NCBI GenBank assembly: GCA_043228905.1
Contig: JBHGNT010000008.1
Location: 1,240,001-1,304,000, forward strand
Length of the DNA stretch: 64,000 nt
Origin: Azolla caroliniana
Taxonomy: Eukaryota > Plantae > Polypodiophyta
Direction of reading: 5' to 3'
Positions 29,617-43,234 of the stretch are shown in pieces; positions within the stretch are counted from its first letter, which is position 1; every line of letters begins with the position of its first letter. A model generated the notes under the pieces. It was given only the letters and a program-made list of their open reading frames with translations, made no database searches and was not told the origin of the DNA. Both the position numbers and the translations under genes were made by a program.

Positions 29617-32600
29617 ATGGTTGTGAAGACGCTCATGCGAATATGGAGGCCGTGGACACCCATTGTATCCCCCAAACGGTTCAATGTCACTCTCTCTGTT
29701 CTCAGCCTGGAAGGCTTATCAGCTATGGTGGACAAGCATATCGATCAAGGATCCGATCAGGATATATATGTCGGGGTAGAGCTCGAATGGAAGGGCCCCG
29801 GAGGGTTTAATATTATTAAATTTGGAAGAAATAGCCATAAGAAGAGGCTTTTCACTGGCCGACGGAAGGTCCCCAGAGGAGCTAACGTGGATGGTATTAT
29901 CATATGGGAGGAGGAAGGTTTCCAAAAAGTTTGTGTTCTGAATTTGACGGACAATTCAAGATTTCTTCCCTTTCATGTCCATTTCTCCATCATTATTCAG
30001 GTACTAGTTTTAATAATTATGGGTTCTTTTTCGTTGTGCTTCTTTTGGGCATACTAATGAATGATTTTGATGTGATGTATAAGATCTTTTCTGGGAATCA
30101 TTAGCTGTAGGGTCACCTTGTGATGATGATGATAATGGACATGCTTAGTGTATAAGAGTACCTTGTCATGATGATAACAACAATGATGATGATGTTGTAG
30201 AACTCCGTATGGCGGTCATGGTTAGGGTTTGAATTAACCTTATGATGGTAATGACTGGTTTGTATGACTAATCAATTTATGGTAATAGTGATAGTCTTGT
30301 GTTAGATCGCACCATGATGATGATTACTATGTAGATCACCCTTTGACTTCATACTATATTGGTGATGATTTACTAACCATGTCATGATGATGATGATGAT
30401 GATGATGATGATGGTAATGGTGGCAGTAATAATGATGATGATTACTATATGGGATTGCCTTATGTTATTGATGACTTCTCTTGTTGGTGATCCATTAACT
30501 CTTCTGTCCTCAAAGGTAGGATCAAGGACAAAGACTACCACACTTGGCACCTGTCTCATGAACCTCGCAGAATTCGCACCCATATCAGAAAAGATTGTTC
30601 AACGCACAACAAAACTACAGCTCTTCCCTCCAAATATTGATGTCTCATGTAAATCAACAGCAACCCTTGTGGTAAGCACTACCCTTTCCATTCATCACTC
30701 TTTATGACATTTATGTATATATGTATTCTATATGCACATAATGAGTACTATGCACTAAGGATGGATGTTATATGTCGTATGGTATATGATGTGTGCTCTA
30801 TGTATACATGTACCCATGTTGGATGCTTGATGTTGTATGTATCTTTAGGTTTGAACTGCTTTATTTTCAAAATGATTTGTTGTTCACCTGTGGCATTTGT
30901 TATAGGTTTCTGTAGTCTTCTCAGAAGTCCTATCACATGATAGAAGTCTCAGATTGGATCGATTCATGCCACGTCCATTACACTGCCTGAGTGGACCACT
31001 GTTATGTGACCAACAAATGCGGGAGAATTATGGAAAGAAGATCAAGGGCATGAAAAGATCGATTTCACTCAACTGGCATAAGGCTTCTGGTGAACTCGAT
31101 ACAATTATTGTTCGCAAAGGATGCCCATCTTCTAGAAATGATGCAATTAGTGTATTAGTTATAGGGAATCATCTCAATTCTGACACCTTATCCAATTCCG
31201 ACGACGAGAATATCGCTGATAGGGAGGTCCAAATATCGCAACGATATTGCAATCTTTCAAGCATAAACCTGGTAGAGGATGTAGGCATGTCTAATGAGAA
31301 AGAAAATAAGTCCACCAGCATGGAGTTGATGCCCCCTATTAAGAATTTCTGTGAAGGAAGTGGAGATGAATGCTCTTTACCGGACTTGGATGAGAATGGG
31401 AGTATGAGGAGTCTTCTATCTTGGAGAAGGAAACGTAAATTGGGGTTTCGATCTCCTCCAAAAAGGGGAAAGCCTCTTTTGAATAAAGATTATGGCAAGG
31501 ATGGAGGAGATGACATTGATAATGAGAGGCGCTTGTCAGGTTATCCTATCGAATGGTACGTCACGATGGTATGTATATTTGTGCCTTTTGCTACAAAAAC
31601 ACAATCTTACTAAATTTCGAATACTTTCATTTTTGTGAGTATGTACACAACACTTAAGACAAACAGAAATAGTCTTCTTTTTTAGACCTTTTATTTATAC
31701 CCAATTTTATGCTGTGTGAGACGAGAATTTGAATCATCTTTAATAAATGGTGTTAATCGTAGTGGCAGACTAGAATTTCGCAACCATTAACATTATTATT
31801 TTTGACAATGCCATGGAAACATAAATGCGATTTGTTGATTTGACCAGAAAGAGAATAAGGCATCAATAGAGTGTGTCGACTTTGGGGATGAACACTTTAG
31901 TGTGGGAAGTTGGGAGAGGAGAGAGCTCACAAGTCGTGATGGCCGGGCAAAGCTCTATACAAGCGTGTTTTTTGCTTCCATTGACCAGAGGAGTGAGCGT
32001 GCCGACGGTGAGAGTGCATGCACAACGCTTGTGGCTGTGATAGCCGATTGGCTCCACAAAAACCCTAACCAAATACCCATCAAAGCTGAATTTGATACCC
32101 TCATCCGAGAAGGATCGGCGGAATGGAGAAAGCTGTCTGATCTGGATCATTATAGGGAAGAGTTTCCTGATCGGCATTTTGACCTTGATACCGTTGTCAA
32201 AGCCAACATTCGGGATGTGGTGGTTTTACAGGATCGCTCCTTTGTTGGGTTCTTCAAGCTAGATGGTTACAACTTCTTGCAGACCGCCATGTCATTTGAT
32301 GACATATGGGACGCTATAGAAGAGATAGCAATCGGAAGCATGGAGCCAGCTATTTATATTGTGAGCTGGAACGATCACTTCTTTGTGTTTAAGGTGGACA
32401 AGGAGACTTACTATATCATAGACACATTGGGAGAAAGGCTCTATGAGGGTTGTAATGAGGCTTACATCCTTCGTTTTGATTCCAACACAACGCTGGTTCA
32501 TGTGCCTGAGGCAGAAAAGAGCACATGTGAGAGTAAAGGCTCTCCGTCAAAATCAGATGATATCCTGCCTCCTGATACATTGAATTCTGAGACATCAGTG

Positions 32601-33002
32601 TCACCACCTAATGGTGTGGCCACTGGCACTCATTTACAAGAGCTTGGAACGGATCAACCAGAGCTCAGGTCAGATAAAGAAGACCTTGAATCAAATCACC
32701 ATGAGTTTGTCTCAGATCAACAACAGGATCAACAACAGGAACAGGTGAAATCCAATCAGCAAGACACTAGTATAGGAAAGATAAAGAATGAAACAGTAGA
32801 AAAATACAGTGGCAAAGATGCATGCAAGCACTTTCTTAAGTGCTTTTTTGCGTCCATACCATTGAGAGAGTTAGAAATTGACATGAAGAAAGGGCTCTTA
32901 GAAAAGATCCCATTGCACAAACTTCAAATCGACTTCCATTATACATCTACAGGTCAACGATTGGATATGAATGGGCTCACATTGTCCCCCGAGTCTACAT
33001 GA
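29617..33002 (+). CDS. NT-type C2 (EEIG1/EHBP1 N-terminal) domain protein, plant At3g11760-like family; 4 exons, 785 aa
   Basis: Exons 29617-30000, 30516-30671, 30906-31568 and 31848-33002, all GT-AG phase 0 and in frame. Family motifs: MVVK.MR.WRPW, VELEWKGP, LG...MNLAEFA, GKPLLNK.YG.DGGDDID.ERR, FG.E.F.VGSWE...SRDG, FASIDQRSERA.GESACT.LVAVIADW, LHKLQIDFHYT. Confidence 0.9.
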
Positions 33003-34879
33003 ATGGGAAGATGGAGGCCATCGATACAAAGGAGGTTGGTGCAACACGAATTTGTGGTCGATGATGCCACCAAGTAAAAGATATACATGTGTATGAGTTG
33101 TTATCCTCTAGGCCAGCTAAATGGTGCTGGCTCTTTTGGGACAAATAATGGGCACCCAAGATGGTGCAATTTCCTCAGATATGTCATTTTGTGGAGAAGA
33201 TGAGATCTTACCCTTTAATCAATTAGGGTTTGTATATATATTCCACTACAAATGAGAAGCTTGATAGAATTTGATCAAATATATCTGGCTGACTAACCCG
33301 TCCGGGGGGAAACAATTTGGAAAATTTGTAATATATGCTTAAAAGAAATGTGCTGCAATGAGTGTGATGCAAAAGCAAGATGTAAATAATTGACTTTTGC
33401 TTTTGCTCAATTGTTTTGGACAGATTGATTCTTCATTGCTCTCCCACTCTCGCTTACACACACTCGATTCACTACTCGGAATAACCTTGTGTTTGAAATA
33501 ATTTGTGATTCCACTACAAAATCTTGATGTGGGTCCTTCAGTCTTTTATGGGAAATGATTTATACATTAATTATCTCCCTTTAAGCCTTTATGAAATCTA
33601 AAATACTGAAATCCAAAAGGTATATAACTGCTCGAATTTTGTTCTTCTTCATCGTTGTCATTCTTGTGTGCTTCTTCTCAATTTCTTCCAATTGGTTCAT
33701 TTTGTTTTTGAAAAGTAGGGTTGAAAAAAAGGAAAAGTATCTTGAATGTCGTGTGTAAAGCATGAATGCCACACATGAGACCATTCTCCATGCCTTGTGA
33801 TTTATTCGTTTTCTGTAAAGACAAAAGAAAGCAAAACAATATACAGAAAATAATTTCCAAATCCTATTCATATGAGAAGTCAAAAATGCATTGAACGAAT
33901 CGAATGGATGGCTCAAAGATTGACAAAGCGAAGTAGCGTTTCTTTTCACAATGATTTCACATTGTGAATGTGCCAAAGAAGTGTGTGAATGCCTTGTCAT
34001 AGTGTGTGACTTTGAATGTATTGATGAGGATTGGGTACATTGTGACATTAATGTATTGATGAGGATTGAGGGTGTGGCTCCTTATTTGCTTCACATGATT
34101 ACCTCATGTTTTGACTTTCGGCAACATTGGACTCTTCAAACATTGATGAGTAGGAACATGCGTCATTTGTCTTTGGCGTATATCATGTTTTGTCATATAT
34201 GGGAAATAGAAGATTTTGATTGTTAATAACGACCCTCTAATCACATGTTTTGTTTGTACAAACTTGGCAAGGATGTCAATGTTCCTCATTTCCCATGTTC
34301 GTGAACAACTTTACTAGGACACAAGAAAGGTGTTACGCTTTGTTATCCATGCACATATAATTATGAAAGTATTGACCATAAAGGACCAAAGCATAACTCA
34401 AATTTCCAAGAATGGAAATGTTGCATATTTACGAATACATACTTGTGTACAAAGTGGAAACATGTTCATATTTTGGGAAAACACCAGAATAACTCTTGTT
34501 GCTAATACATTACAAATGTTGTAGCTATTTTTCATGGCCACATGTAGCACTCCTTGTATAGGAGTCACATTAATATTGAAGGAATGGCGTGGCTACCGTA
34601 CAAATGTTGTAGCTATTTTTCGTGGCCACATGTAGCACTCCTTTTACGTATTCAAGTGTCAATGAGTTTAGGACCCACATTCGTGTACTTTATGAAGAAG
34701 TGCAAATTGACCTTTTTGATTCTTTGAAACAATAACTTTTAAGCTATTCCTATATCATACTTGGTTCTAAGATATTGCAAATGCTATGTAAGAATGCAAG
34801 GCACATGCATTTTGTTATAATTTGCAACACGTGTATCAGAGTCCATTAGTTTACTAAGACACTAATTTAAGCTAGTAAC

Positions 34880-35333
34880 TAACAATTGGCAACGGTTCGG
34901 TTCGGTTTGAGAGTCCAAACCGAACCGTTAAAATTTTTTGAAACCTGAACCAAACCAAACCAAACCACGAAAGCGTTAAACCGAACCATTAAAATTTTTC
35001 AAACCGTTAAACCATTAAACCATAAAAACCGCGGTTTCGATTTTCAACATAGGTCAATTTTTAAATTTTTTTAAATTTATAATATTTCATTTTTTTAAAT
35101 TTTTTTAAATTTTTAAGATGTTCCTAAAATGTGAGAATAAGGTCTAAAAATGAAAAGATTGTTTTAAAAAAAAAATTAATTTTTTAGAATTTTTTAAAAA
35201 TAAAAAAAAAAAATAAAAAACCATTAAACTGCAGTTTTTGACTGTTGAAACTGAACCGTTAATAAAAACCTAAACCTGAACCGAACCGTTAAAACCGTTA
35301 AGCATTAAACCGCGGTTCGGTTGCCGATTGTTA
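34880..35333. mobile_element. hAT-type MITE
   Basis: TIR TAACAATTGGCAAC/GTTGCCGATTGTTA, perfect 8-bp TSD CTAGTAAC, AACCG repeats. Confidence 0.92.
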
Positions 35334-35341
35334 CTAGTAAC

Positions 35342-36600
35342 ATTGAAACTATAAGTTATAAGAGCACCTTAAAAAACAAAAGAATTAGGTTATAAAAACA
35401 TGCATTTTCAAAGAAGCTTCAAACAAATTAGGCTAGAAATTTGCCTTTTGGGAAGGAGCTTCAAACAAATTTGTCAAACAATGGAAGTTGCAAATAAAAT
35501 AAGGAACACAAACACAACAAGTGGCAATAACACCCAACACCATGAACAATGCTCAAGTTCAACTGAGACAACTCAAATTATTCGTTCATTATCTACAAAG
35601 CATATCCCCATTGAAGATCCTCATTCACGAGCTCCAAGATGTCTTCATCTATCATTTTATTGTAGGAGCCAACCACCCAATGAGTAATATGGAGTTGTAT
35701 CTTACCATTGTAATATTGCAAGAAAACTTATATAAAATAGTCATTGATAGTTGACCTTGTATATACTCCAAAATTATCTATATGCGTAGAAGCCAATGTA
35801 GTATACTTTTAATACAAATAGTGATAGAAAGTAGCCCCCCATATACTAGCGTTGGTAACCTCATTTTCAATGACCTTTTATCAAAGGAAACTACAACAAA
35901 TCCTTGAATGTGTACGAATGGATGAATGTAATATTTAAAAATGCTACTCAAAGTATACAAGCCAATGAATTAAATTGATGCAATAAGTTGTTTTCAAATT
36001 GAATCAAGGTAAAATGTGGTGGAAGATTTTCACTATGTTGAGTTTCACTCTTAAAGAAGATTGGGTTGAGTATGCTTGGTGAAGTAGTTGGCTTCAACTA
36101 ACTTTTTAACCACTTCATCACATAGCCATCTAGCCATCTATTTGTTAAATAGTAATATATAATCCCAAAAATAGGATAATGACTTGGGAGAACATTGATG
36201 GAACTTGAAGATATTTTAGTATTATCTTCAAATATAACACATAAACAAAAGGTTTTCATTCATGGGTATAACACTCTTCTTGATGATGCCTCGTCAACTG
36301 ATAAAGTAAGTTTGAATAGTTTCATGTTGTGATTATGATATAGATCCCAATGTTGAAGGGCTATGCAACCAATGAAAAAGTGAGTTGTTACCTTTCATGG
36401 CAAGTAATAACAATGCTTTCATCAACCCTCAACATGTCAAACTAAACTACTCATTCCTATCATAGAGATTATATATCTATATCATAATACAACAAATGTG
36501 ATCAAGAGAATGTTCAGCTTCAAGCTTCACATAATATATTATGATGGAACATATATTGTTATCGTTAGGAGGGTGTTTTCATAGTAATGGAATATCATCT
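35342..36600 (-). pseudogene. Possible highly decayed hAT-like transposase
   Basis: Scattered minus-strand remnants resembling VDE.S and VH...H motifs. No long ORF. Confidence 0.25.
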
Positions 36601-37466
36601 GAGACCGATAAATGACATGGCTTCAAGTCATCAATCATCACGCCCTAAGCCATTAGCTTTTATCGCACTAAATATCAATTGACAGTCCAGTAGAAGTTCG
36701 TTTGAACACGTGCATGTATGATCTTGTACATACGCTACACTGAACATGGTAAAAGCAAGAAATGGTGGTGAAGAATGTTTGCATCTTATGACAGTACCAA
36801 CCTATATAACTTGACTTACACCTCAAATCACACAAAAACAAATGTTTCCATAGCTAAAAATATGTGCAAGTGACCATTTAAATATTAAGAGAGAGAGAGA
36901 GGCAAAAAGAATAGTAAAAAACTTGGCTTAAATTTCATATTGGGCGTTATTCAATCCTTGAAACCGCACACATAATGTGGGCAATCATCGACCTTAAGTT
37001 GTGACAAACTAAACCCATAAAGAAATGCCCCTATTATAATAAGATTATGTGCAATATGTGCACCATGAAAGAATTAATATAAAACAATAAGACATAAGAA
37101 TAATCATTTTAAAAGACCGGCACACACATAAGGGAACCAAACACATGAAAATGAACACCCCGCGAACCACCTCAATAATGAAGAAAATTAATTATATATC
37201 ACCACATTAGAATACAACCTAAATTAGCTAATCCATATAGAAAAAACCTCAATCCATTTCGTCACATTAGGAAACATTGCCTACTTAATTTCAAGAAGCA
37301 ATCAAGGACATCATACCCACGCTTGTAAAAGATAAACGTCAAAATTGGAGTTAGTTTTATGAACTACCACATAAATTTATATACATACATACACTCACAC
37401 ACACACATATTCTCGCCAATAAGGTTTGCTATGTGAGTAACTGGTTTACCCCATAATCAGTTTTGA

Positions 37467-37630
37467 CACTTTATAACATTATTTGGGAAGACATGCACAT
37501 GATACAATCGGCATTTGTCATTGGCAAGGAAAGTTAAGATTAGTGTACCTTTATAACACTATTTAGGAGGACATGCACATGATAAAATCGAACATTTGTC
37601 ATTGGTAAGGAAAGTTAAGATTAGTGTACC
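37467..37630. repeat. 2 x about 82-bp tandem duplication
   Basis: CTTTATAACA.TATTT.G.AGACATGCACATGATA...GATTAGTGTACC occurs twice. Confidence 0.85.
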
Positions 37631-37886
37631 AAGACATATAATTTTTAAGAGATTTAATGGAAACATATTTACATTACAATGTGTGGAATCAAGACTAAAG
37701 TCCATGAACAAACTTATAATATGACCTATACAAATAGATTGGTGAACCATGTATTATTTGTTTCATAGATTACGTAAAAGTACACACGGTTAGATGTAAG
37801 TAATTACGTCGAAGCTGAAGAAAAATAGTACAACTATCTTATAATCATGACATTTAAAATGTTGTCACTTTACCTACATGATTTTT

Positions 37887-38778
37887 TCAGAATGCAAGTG
37901 AAACAAGTAAACCCAGAAAACATAGACCTATCCAAAGCACGGAGAATGGTGATGAGGGCCGAGAGCCCTGATTACCTAGCCCCACACCACTTTGAGGTGG
38001 CGAGGCTGTGGCATTAGATGATCCAGGAGTACCTGCATGAAAACAAATCATGTCAAGATTTCACTAAATTGAGGTGTAGCATGAACAACAATCGGAAAAC
38101 AATTATATCATGATACGAATTGTACAAATAAGACAATGGGCAACATTAAATATATTCATATATATTGGGCGACGCTTGTATGTCCAAATGAGAAAGTATT
38201 TTATGCTATGCTATGTAAGCACAACCCATTAATTTATTAAATTAGGAATAGGTGGTCAAAACACACATGTGTACATCTAGGATAAATTTTACTCAAGGAT
38301 TTCCGTAACAATTTAAAGAAAAGGTTCATACAAGAGAAATCATTAAATGTTTACCTGCCGAAGGGGGCAGCGGACTCGAGGCCGGGGAGGTGGCGTTGAA
38401 AAACGGTACAAGTGAGGAGTTGAGGCAAGACTCGACCGAATCGGGGACGGTGAGGTTGCATGACGAGGGGAGATCGAGCACGAGTGTGATGTTGAATAAG
38501 GACCCCGAAGATATATTACTAACCTGGCAGAAACAAGGTGCCGATTCATTGGACGCGAGGACCGTGGCGAGAGGGTCGCAACAATCGGGGCCAGGTACGG
38601 GTACCGTCGTGTTGTCGCCTCCGATGTAAGACAAGCAAGGGAGGAGCGTCGTGAGCGTGGCCGAGCATGTCGCGTTGTTGGCGGGTGGTTGAGCTACCAC
38701 TGCTGCAGGACCCATAGAAATCCACCCTACCATAACAACCATTGCCACCACCATCACATCCATCCTCATGCCTTCCAT
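37887..38778 (-). CDS. GPI-anchored non-specific lipid transfer protein (LTPG/xylogen-like), 2 exons, about 189 aa
   Basis: Exon 1 (38778-38355) has a signal peptide and the 8-Cys motif C..C..CC..CFC..C..C. A phase-1 GT-AG intron follows. Exon 2 (38032-37887) encodes a Ser/Pro linker and hydrophobic tail VLWIGLCFLGLLVSLAF-stop. Confidence 0.92.
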
Positions 38779-39145
38779 TGATCCCTTAATCTCCCCCTTC
38801 TCCTCCTGAGCCAGAGCTTTAGAGCTTTCCTTCTTTCTTCTTCTTCTTTTGTTTCATTCAAAAGGGAGCAAAATTGCACCAATCAATCCCAACTCTCCAA
38901 AATGTTTCCTTTTTTGGGTACCTTCTCACATCCCCATGCATGGCACGTGGAAAACGTGACTTTTTTTTTAAACGTTCTGAATCTTCTCATGTGGCATGGC
39001 ATAGCTTCAGCTTCCATAAATGCCAGCTGGTCTGAACACAACACTCACTCACCCCTACAAAGTTGAACCCGATGGACAAAACACATCTCACCATGTGAAT
39101 TCACCACATGTGACCCAACACATGCATGAACTAGCGAGCATCTGA

Positions 39146-39315
39146 CACTTAACAACATTGCGCAGTTTGAAAGCTGGCATGTAGCCTGGCACTTAACAAC
39201 ATCGCGTGGTTTGAAAGCTCGCATGTAGCCTGGCACTTAACAACATCGCGTGGTTTGAAAGCTCGCATGTAGCCTGGCACTTAACAACATCGTGTGGTTT
39301 GAAAGCTCGCATGTG
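39146..39315. repeat. 44-bp minisatellite x about 4 upstream of the first LTPG gene
   Basis: CACTTAACAACATCGCGTGGTTTGAAAGCTCGCATGTAGCCTGG starts at 39146, 39190, 39234 and 39278. Confidence 0.95.
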
Positions 39316-40879
39316 TCCGATGTTTAAGTATCTTAAACGCCTTTTTGAAAGATTCAAAGTCGGCTTGCCCAGCTATTTAATGAGAGTGTTCCGTAAAGTG
39401 GTATTGTTCTCCCCCAATGACATACTCACCCCTAGAATAACATACTCCCCATGCAAGTTTTGTTGTATTCCCCACACAACAGGTGGTGGAAAACTTGTGT
39501 AACCACACGCATCACATTCACATGAATTTTCCTCTAGGGGGGCTTCATAACTACGATGTTTCTCAAAATACGTTTACTGCGTTCAGGACAAATATTCTTG
39601 TTTCCATTCCTACATGTAGAATATTTCAACTCAACCACTCCAACGTCAAATGTCAAACCGGCTTCAATTGGTTCACATCATTCGCTATATGGAACTAGCT
39701 AGGCCTCACGTGATTGACATCATATTCTCCTATTGTAATCATGCTATAACATGTGCTCATGCGTTCTTGGTAATTAACACCATCAACAAAGTGTGAATAT
39801 TGCACCGAATAAACTATGTAAAAGTGACAAGAAAAAAATTATAGTATTTATCTCAAAACATTTGTTTATTGTTCCTAGTACAATGTTTCTTGGAATACAT
39901 ATAAAACTTCTCCATGCACCCACATCAAATCAAGAAAACAATATCCAAGCGACTTAATTACTCGTAAATGGTCACATTTAAAGCTAAAACTTTGTCGTTT
40001 GTAACCACTCGGTTATCTCAAGATTCCAATCTCCATGGTTTGCTTTGTGGGCATTGCACTTCATTTGTTTCCCCTCACAAAACATTGCCCATTAGTGTTA
40101 GTGGTGTGCATCCTAAGGGGTTCCAAACAATGTTGGGCAAAGTCCCAGGAACAGTGTCAACATTCCGATTTGGTTGGGACTTTTGCCGGCCAAGGTGGGG
40201 GAGAGCCGAAGAGCTGGACTATTCCTTGCGTTTTTGAGTTTCTTATGTGGACTATGGCAGAGGGTTGCATTGTGGCTTGTCTGGATGTTTTACGATTAAC
40301 CCATGTTGTTGTTGCTATGGTATAGAAGATGTGTCATGTTTTAAACTTCATTTTACATCTACCCACTCTTAAGGATTCATGAGATGTATTCTCATTAAGA
40401 GAACTTCTTGTGCATTTCTGATGATGTAGGTTGGTAATGCTAAGGGGAATACTAATCTGACAAGCATAATGATGCAAAGGTTTTGGGATTCAACCATTGC
40501 ATCGGAATCTCTGGAAGATGAAGATGACAATCATAGGTCTAAGTTTTTCGAAAGTTTTAATAGTTAATGAATGGCATTCATATGATTGACTTATTTTTAA
40601 ATGGCCATCTCCAAACAATGATATTTCTGTAACAAAGTCCAATGTCATAACTTATACAAGATTGTCAAGTGCCAAGGTATTATGCTCATTGCTAGTTTAG
40701 TTATTTATCATGCATTTTGGTCAGCACAATTGATAGTCTATTTCCTAAATTATTTTAAAATTACAGAGGTTGATTATTTTAATGGTTTGAGGTTTTCATC
40801 ATGTTAGCTTCATTCTGAGCAAAATATATAATTGTTTGTCAATCAAGCTAATTCCCTCTTAGCTCAAGTTTTGGCATAA

Positions 40880-43234
40880 TGTCGGGACCGGTCGTCAGGT
40901 GCAAAACAAGATCAACACTCTTCCTATGAAGGTCTCGAGTAGGTAGTAAACTGTAACAGATGTTATGGGTAAAGGTAACTTAATCAGAGACAAGATCAAA
41001 GACAAGACAAGCAGATAGGCACAAGCAAGATGTAACTATATATTATTCTTAGAGAGTTACAATGGCACAATGTACAACAATGAACAACCTTAACACTAGG
41101 TTACAAGAGTCAGTTTAAATACTAAGTGACTTAAGGCAACTGCCTTTTCCCCTATTAACAAAAATAGCCTAAGCCTAGTGTGGCCAATGGGACAATGTGA
41201 ATATGTCCTTTAGAGACCCATATTCAACACTCCCCCATAATGGGCGTATACAACAAAAGATCTGTAATAAAAGAAATGAACAAGAAATACAAGGTTATTG
41301 AACAAATCAGTTTTCGTTCGAGTCGGCAAACTCCGAGAACAGAAGGCTGAGTCGGCCGAGGTTAGAAGGATTGAAGCTAAACCTCGAGTTGTCAATGCTT
41401 TTGTTCGAAACCATGTTGCATGTCCGACTCAATCAGATCGATTCTTCGTTACGCCCATCTCGTGCCGAAGGGATCGGAATCGATTCGTAGGAAGACACTT
41501 GGTCATCCCAATCTACAACATTATCGGTTGTGCATATCTTCTCAAGGCTGATTTTTCATGAAATGACGCAATCCCAGACAAAGTGATATCTCACATCAAT
41601 GTGCTTCGAGCCGTTGTGTTCAACCGGATTTTTCGACATAGCGATAGCACCTTGATTGTCATTAAGAGATGAGTCTTTCATACTCGTTGAGGTGTGCCTG
41701 GACCGAGTCGGATTCTTTCATCCAAAGGTTGTAAAGGCGCTGAATCAAATACATCTTTGTCGTGGCGGCCTTCTTTTCATAAGTGTCTGAAAGTGTCATC
41801 CATAATTGGATGGCAATCAAACACAATTGCACTGTGAAGTCACTCACTCCAACAAGTTCATCTAAATGGTGTCTTGGATGATTCTATCAAGTTTCGTCCA
41901 CTCATTCAGCTTGTATCCTTCTAGACCATTTTCAATCTCAATTGGGTCGATCTAACCCTTAACTATTAGATAGTCCTACATCTACTCCTTCTAGAAGTTG
42001 AAATTCGATCCATCTAACTTCCTTAAACTCATCTCTGATGAGCCGGATGTTGACGCCATTTGAGTCTGTTTAATAGACTCTGTCCGGAGTTGACTAGAAC
42101 GATGATGGGATGCAGTCGGCTAGCTCACCCAATGTAGTTCTAGTTGGATTTGGATATGAGTCGAATCGACTTCGACTATTAGCGGGTTCTGTACGAAGTG
42201 ACTATAGTCAATTGACTTAGCCGAATTGGACCCGAATTTGCTCATTTAATTGTCAATCGGATTTAGAATAGCAATTGGGTGCTATACTCGCTCGGAGTGG
42301 CCACAGTGAGTATAGGGACAGAGCCGGTAGGTCTTCCTGAATATCACCTAGTCGAGTTGAGCACAGTTAACTGCCAATTGGATTCCGAATGCCGATTTCA
42401 AGATACCGATCATAGGCTATGTGTAGTTTTTCCAGGTTGATCCTATTTCGAATGACTACGACGATGAGAGGGATGGAGCCGACTGGTCCTCCCGAATGTC
42501 GTTTCTAGCTAAATGAAGCACGGATAGGGGTTGTTCCCTAGAGCCCAATCTTCTACAAGTGGTTACGATGAGCGAGTGAATAGCGTCGAATGACCTATTC
42601 GATTTCCGTCTAACCTTATGAAGCATGATTGAGACAGAGCTTGTGAAACAAAGTCTCACTCAGACGGCTACAATCACAGGAGTAAAGTACGGTCGATTGA
42701 CTTACTTCAATAGTGATTTAGAACAGTGGATTCCAGACTTTTCAGGTGTCTCTCTTCGTTGAAAATGATCTTGTAGGGAGTTGCCAAACGAGGGATTTCA
42801 ATAGGACTGAAATCTTGGAATCTATTATACCATAAACAATCTTCAGAAGGGACAAAAGAAGAGTTGTTGATGGAGGCAAGGAGATGGCTAGATGTAGAAT
42901 CGAAAACACCAAGCTCTGATACCAGATGTTGGGACCGGCTGTCAGGTGCGGAACAAGATCAACACTCTTCCTATGAAGGTCTCGAGTAGGTAGTAAACCG
43001 TAGCATATGTTATGGGTAAAGGTAACTTAATGGGAGACAAGATCAAAGACAAGACCAGTAGATAGGCGCAAGCAAGATGTAACTATATATTATTCGCAGA
43101 GAGTTACAATGGGATAATGTACAACAATGAACAACCTTAACACAAAGTTACAAGAGTCACTTTAAATACTAACTGACTTAGGGCAACTGCCCTTTCCAGT
43201 ATTTACAAAAATAGCCTAAACCTAGTGTGTCCAA
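40880..43234 (-). mobile_element. Internally deleted non-autonomous copia; 3' LTR 40880-41229, 5' LTR 42927-43234 (outer end lost)
   Basis: LTR pair TGT(C/T)GGGACCGG. PBS-Met at 42924-42913, PPT TGGGGGAG at 41237-41230. The gag N-terminus (LSDTYEKK...HLNEY) is fused at about 41660 to the RNase H end (DNQGAIAM.KNP...KHIDVRYH). Confidence 0.88.

Noticed and set aside
30302-30515. Poly-Met/poly-Ile ORF starts
   Set aside because: (GAT)n microsatellite in intron 1; only 30516-30671 is exonic.
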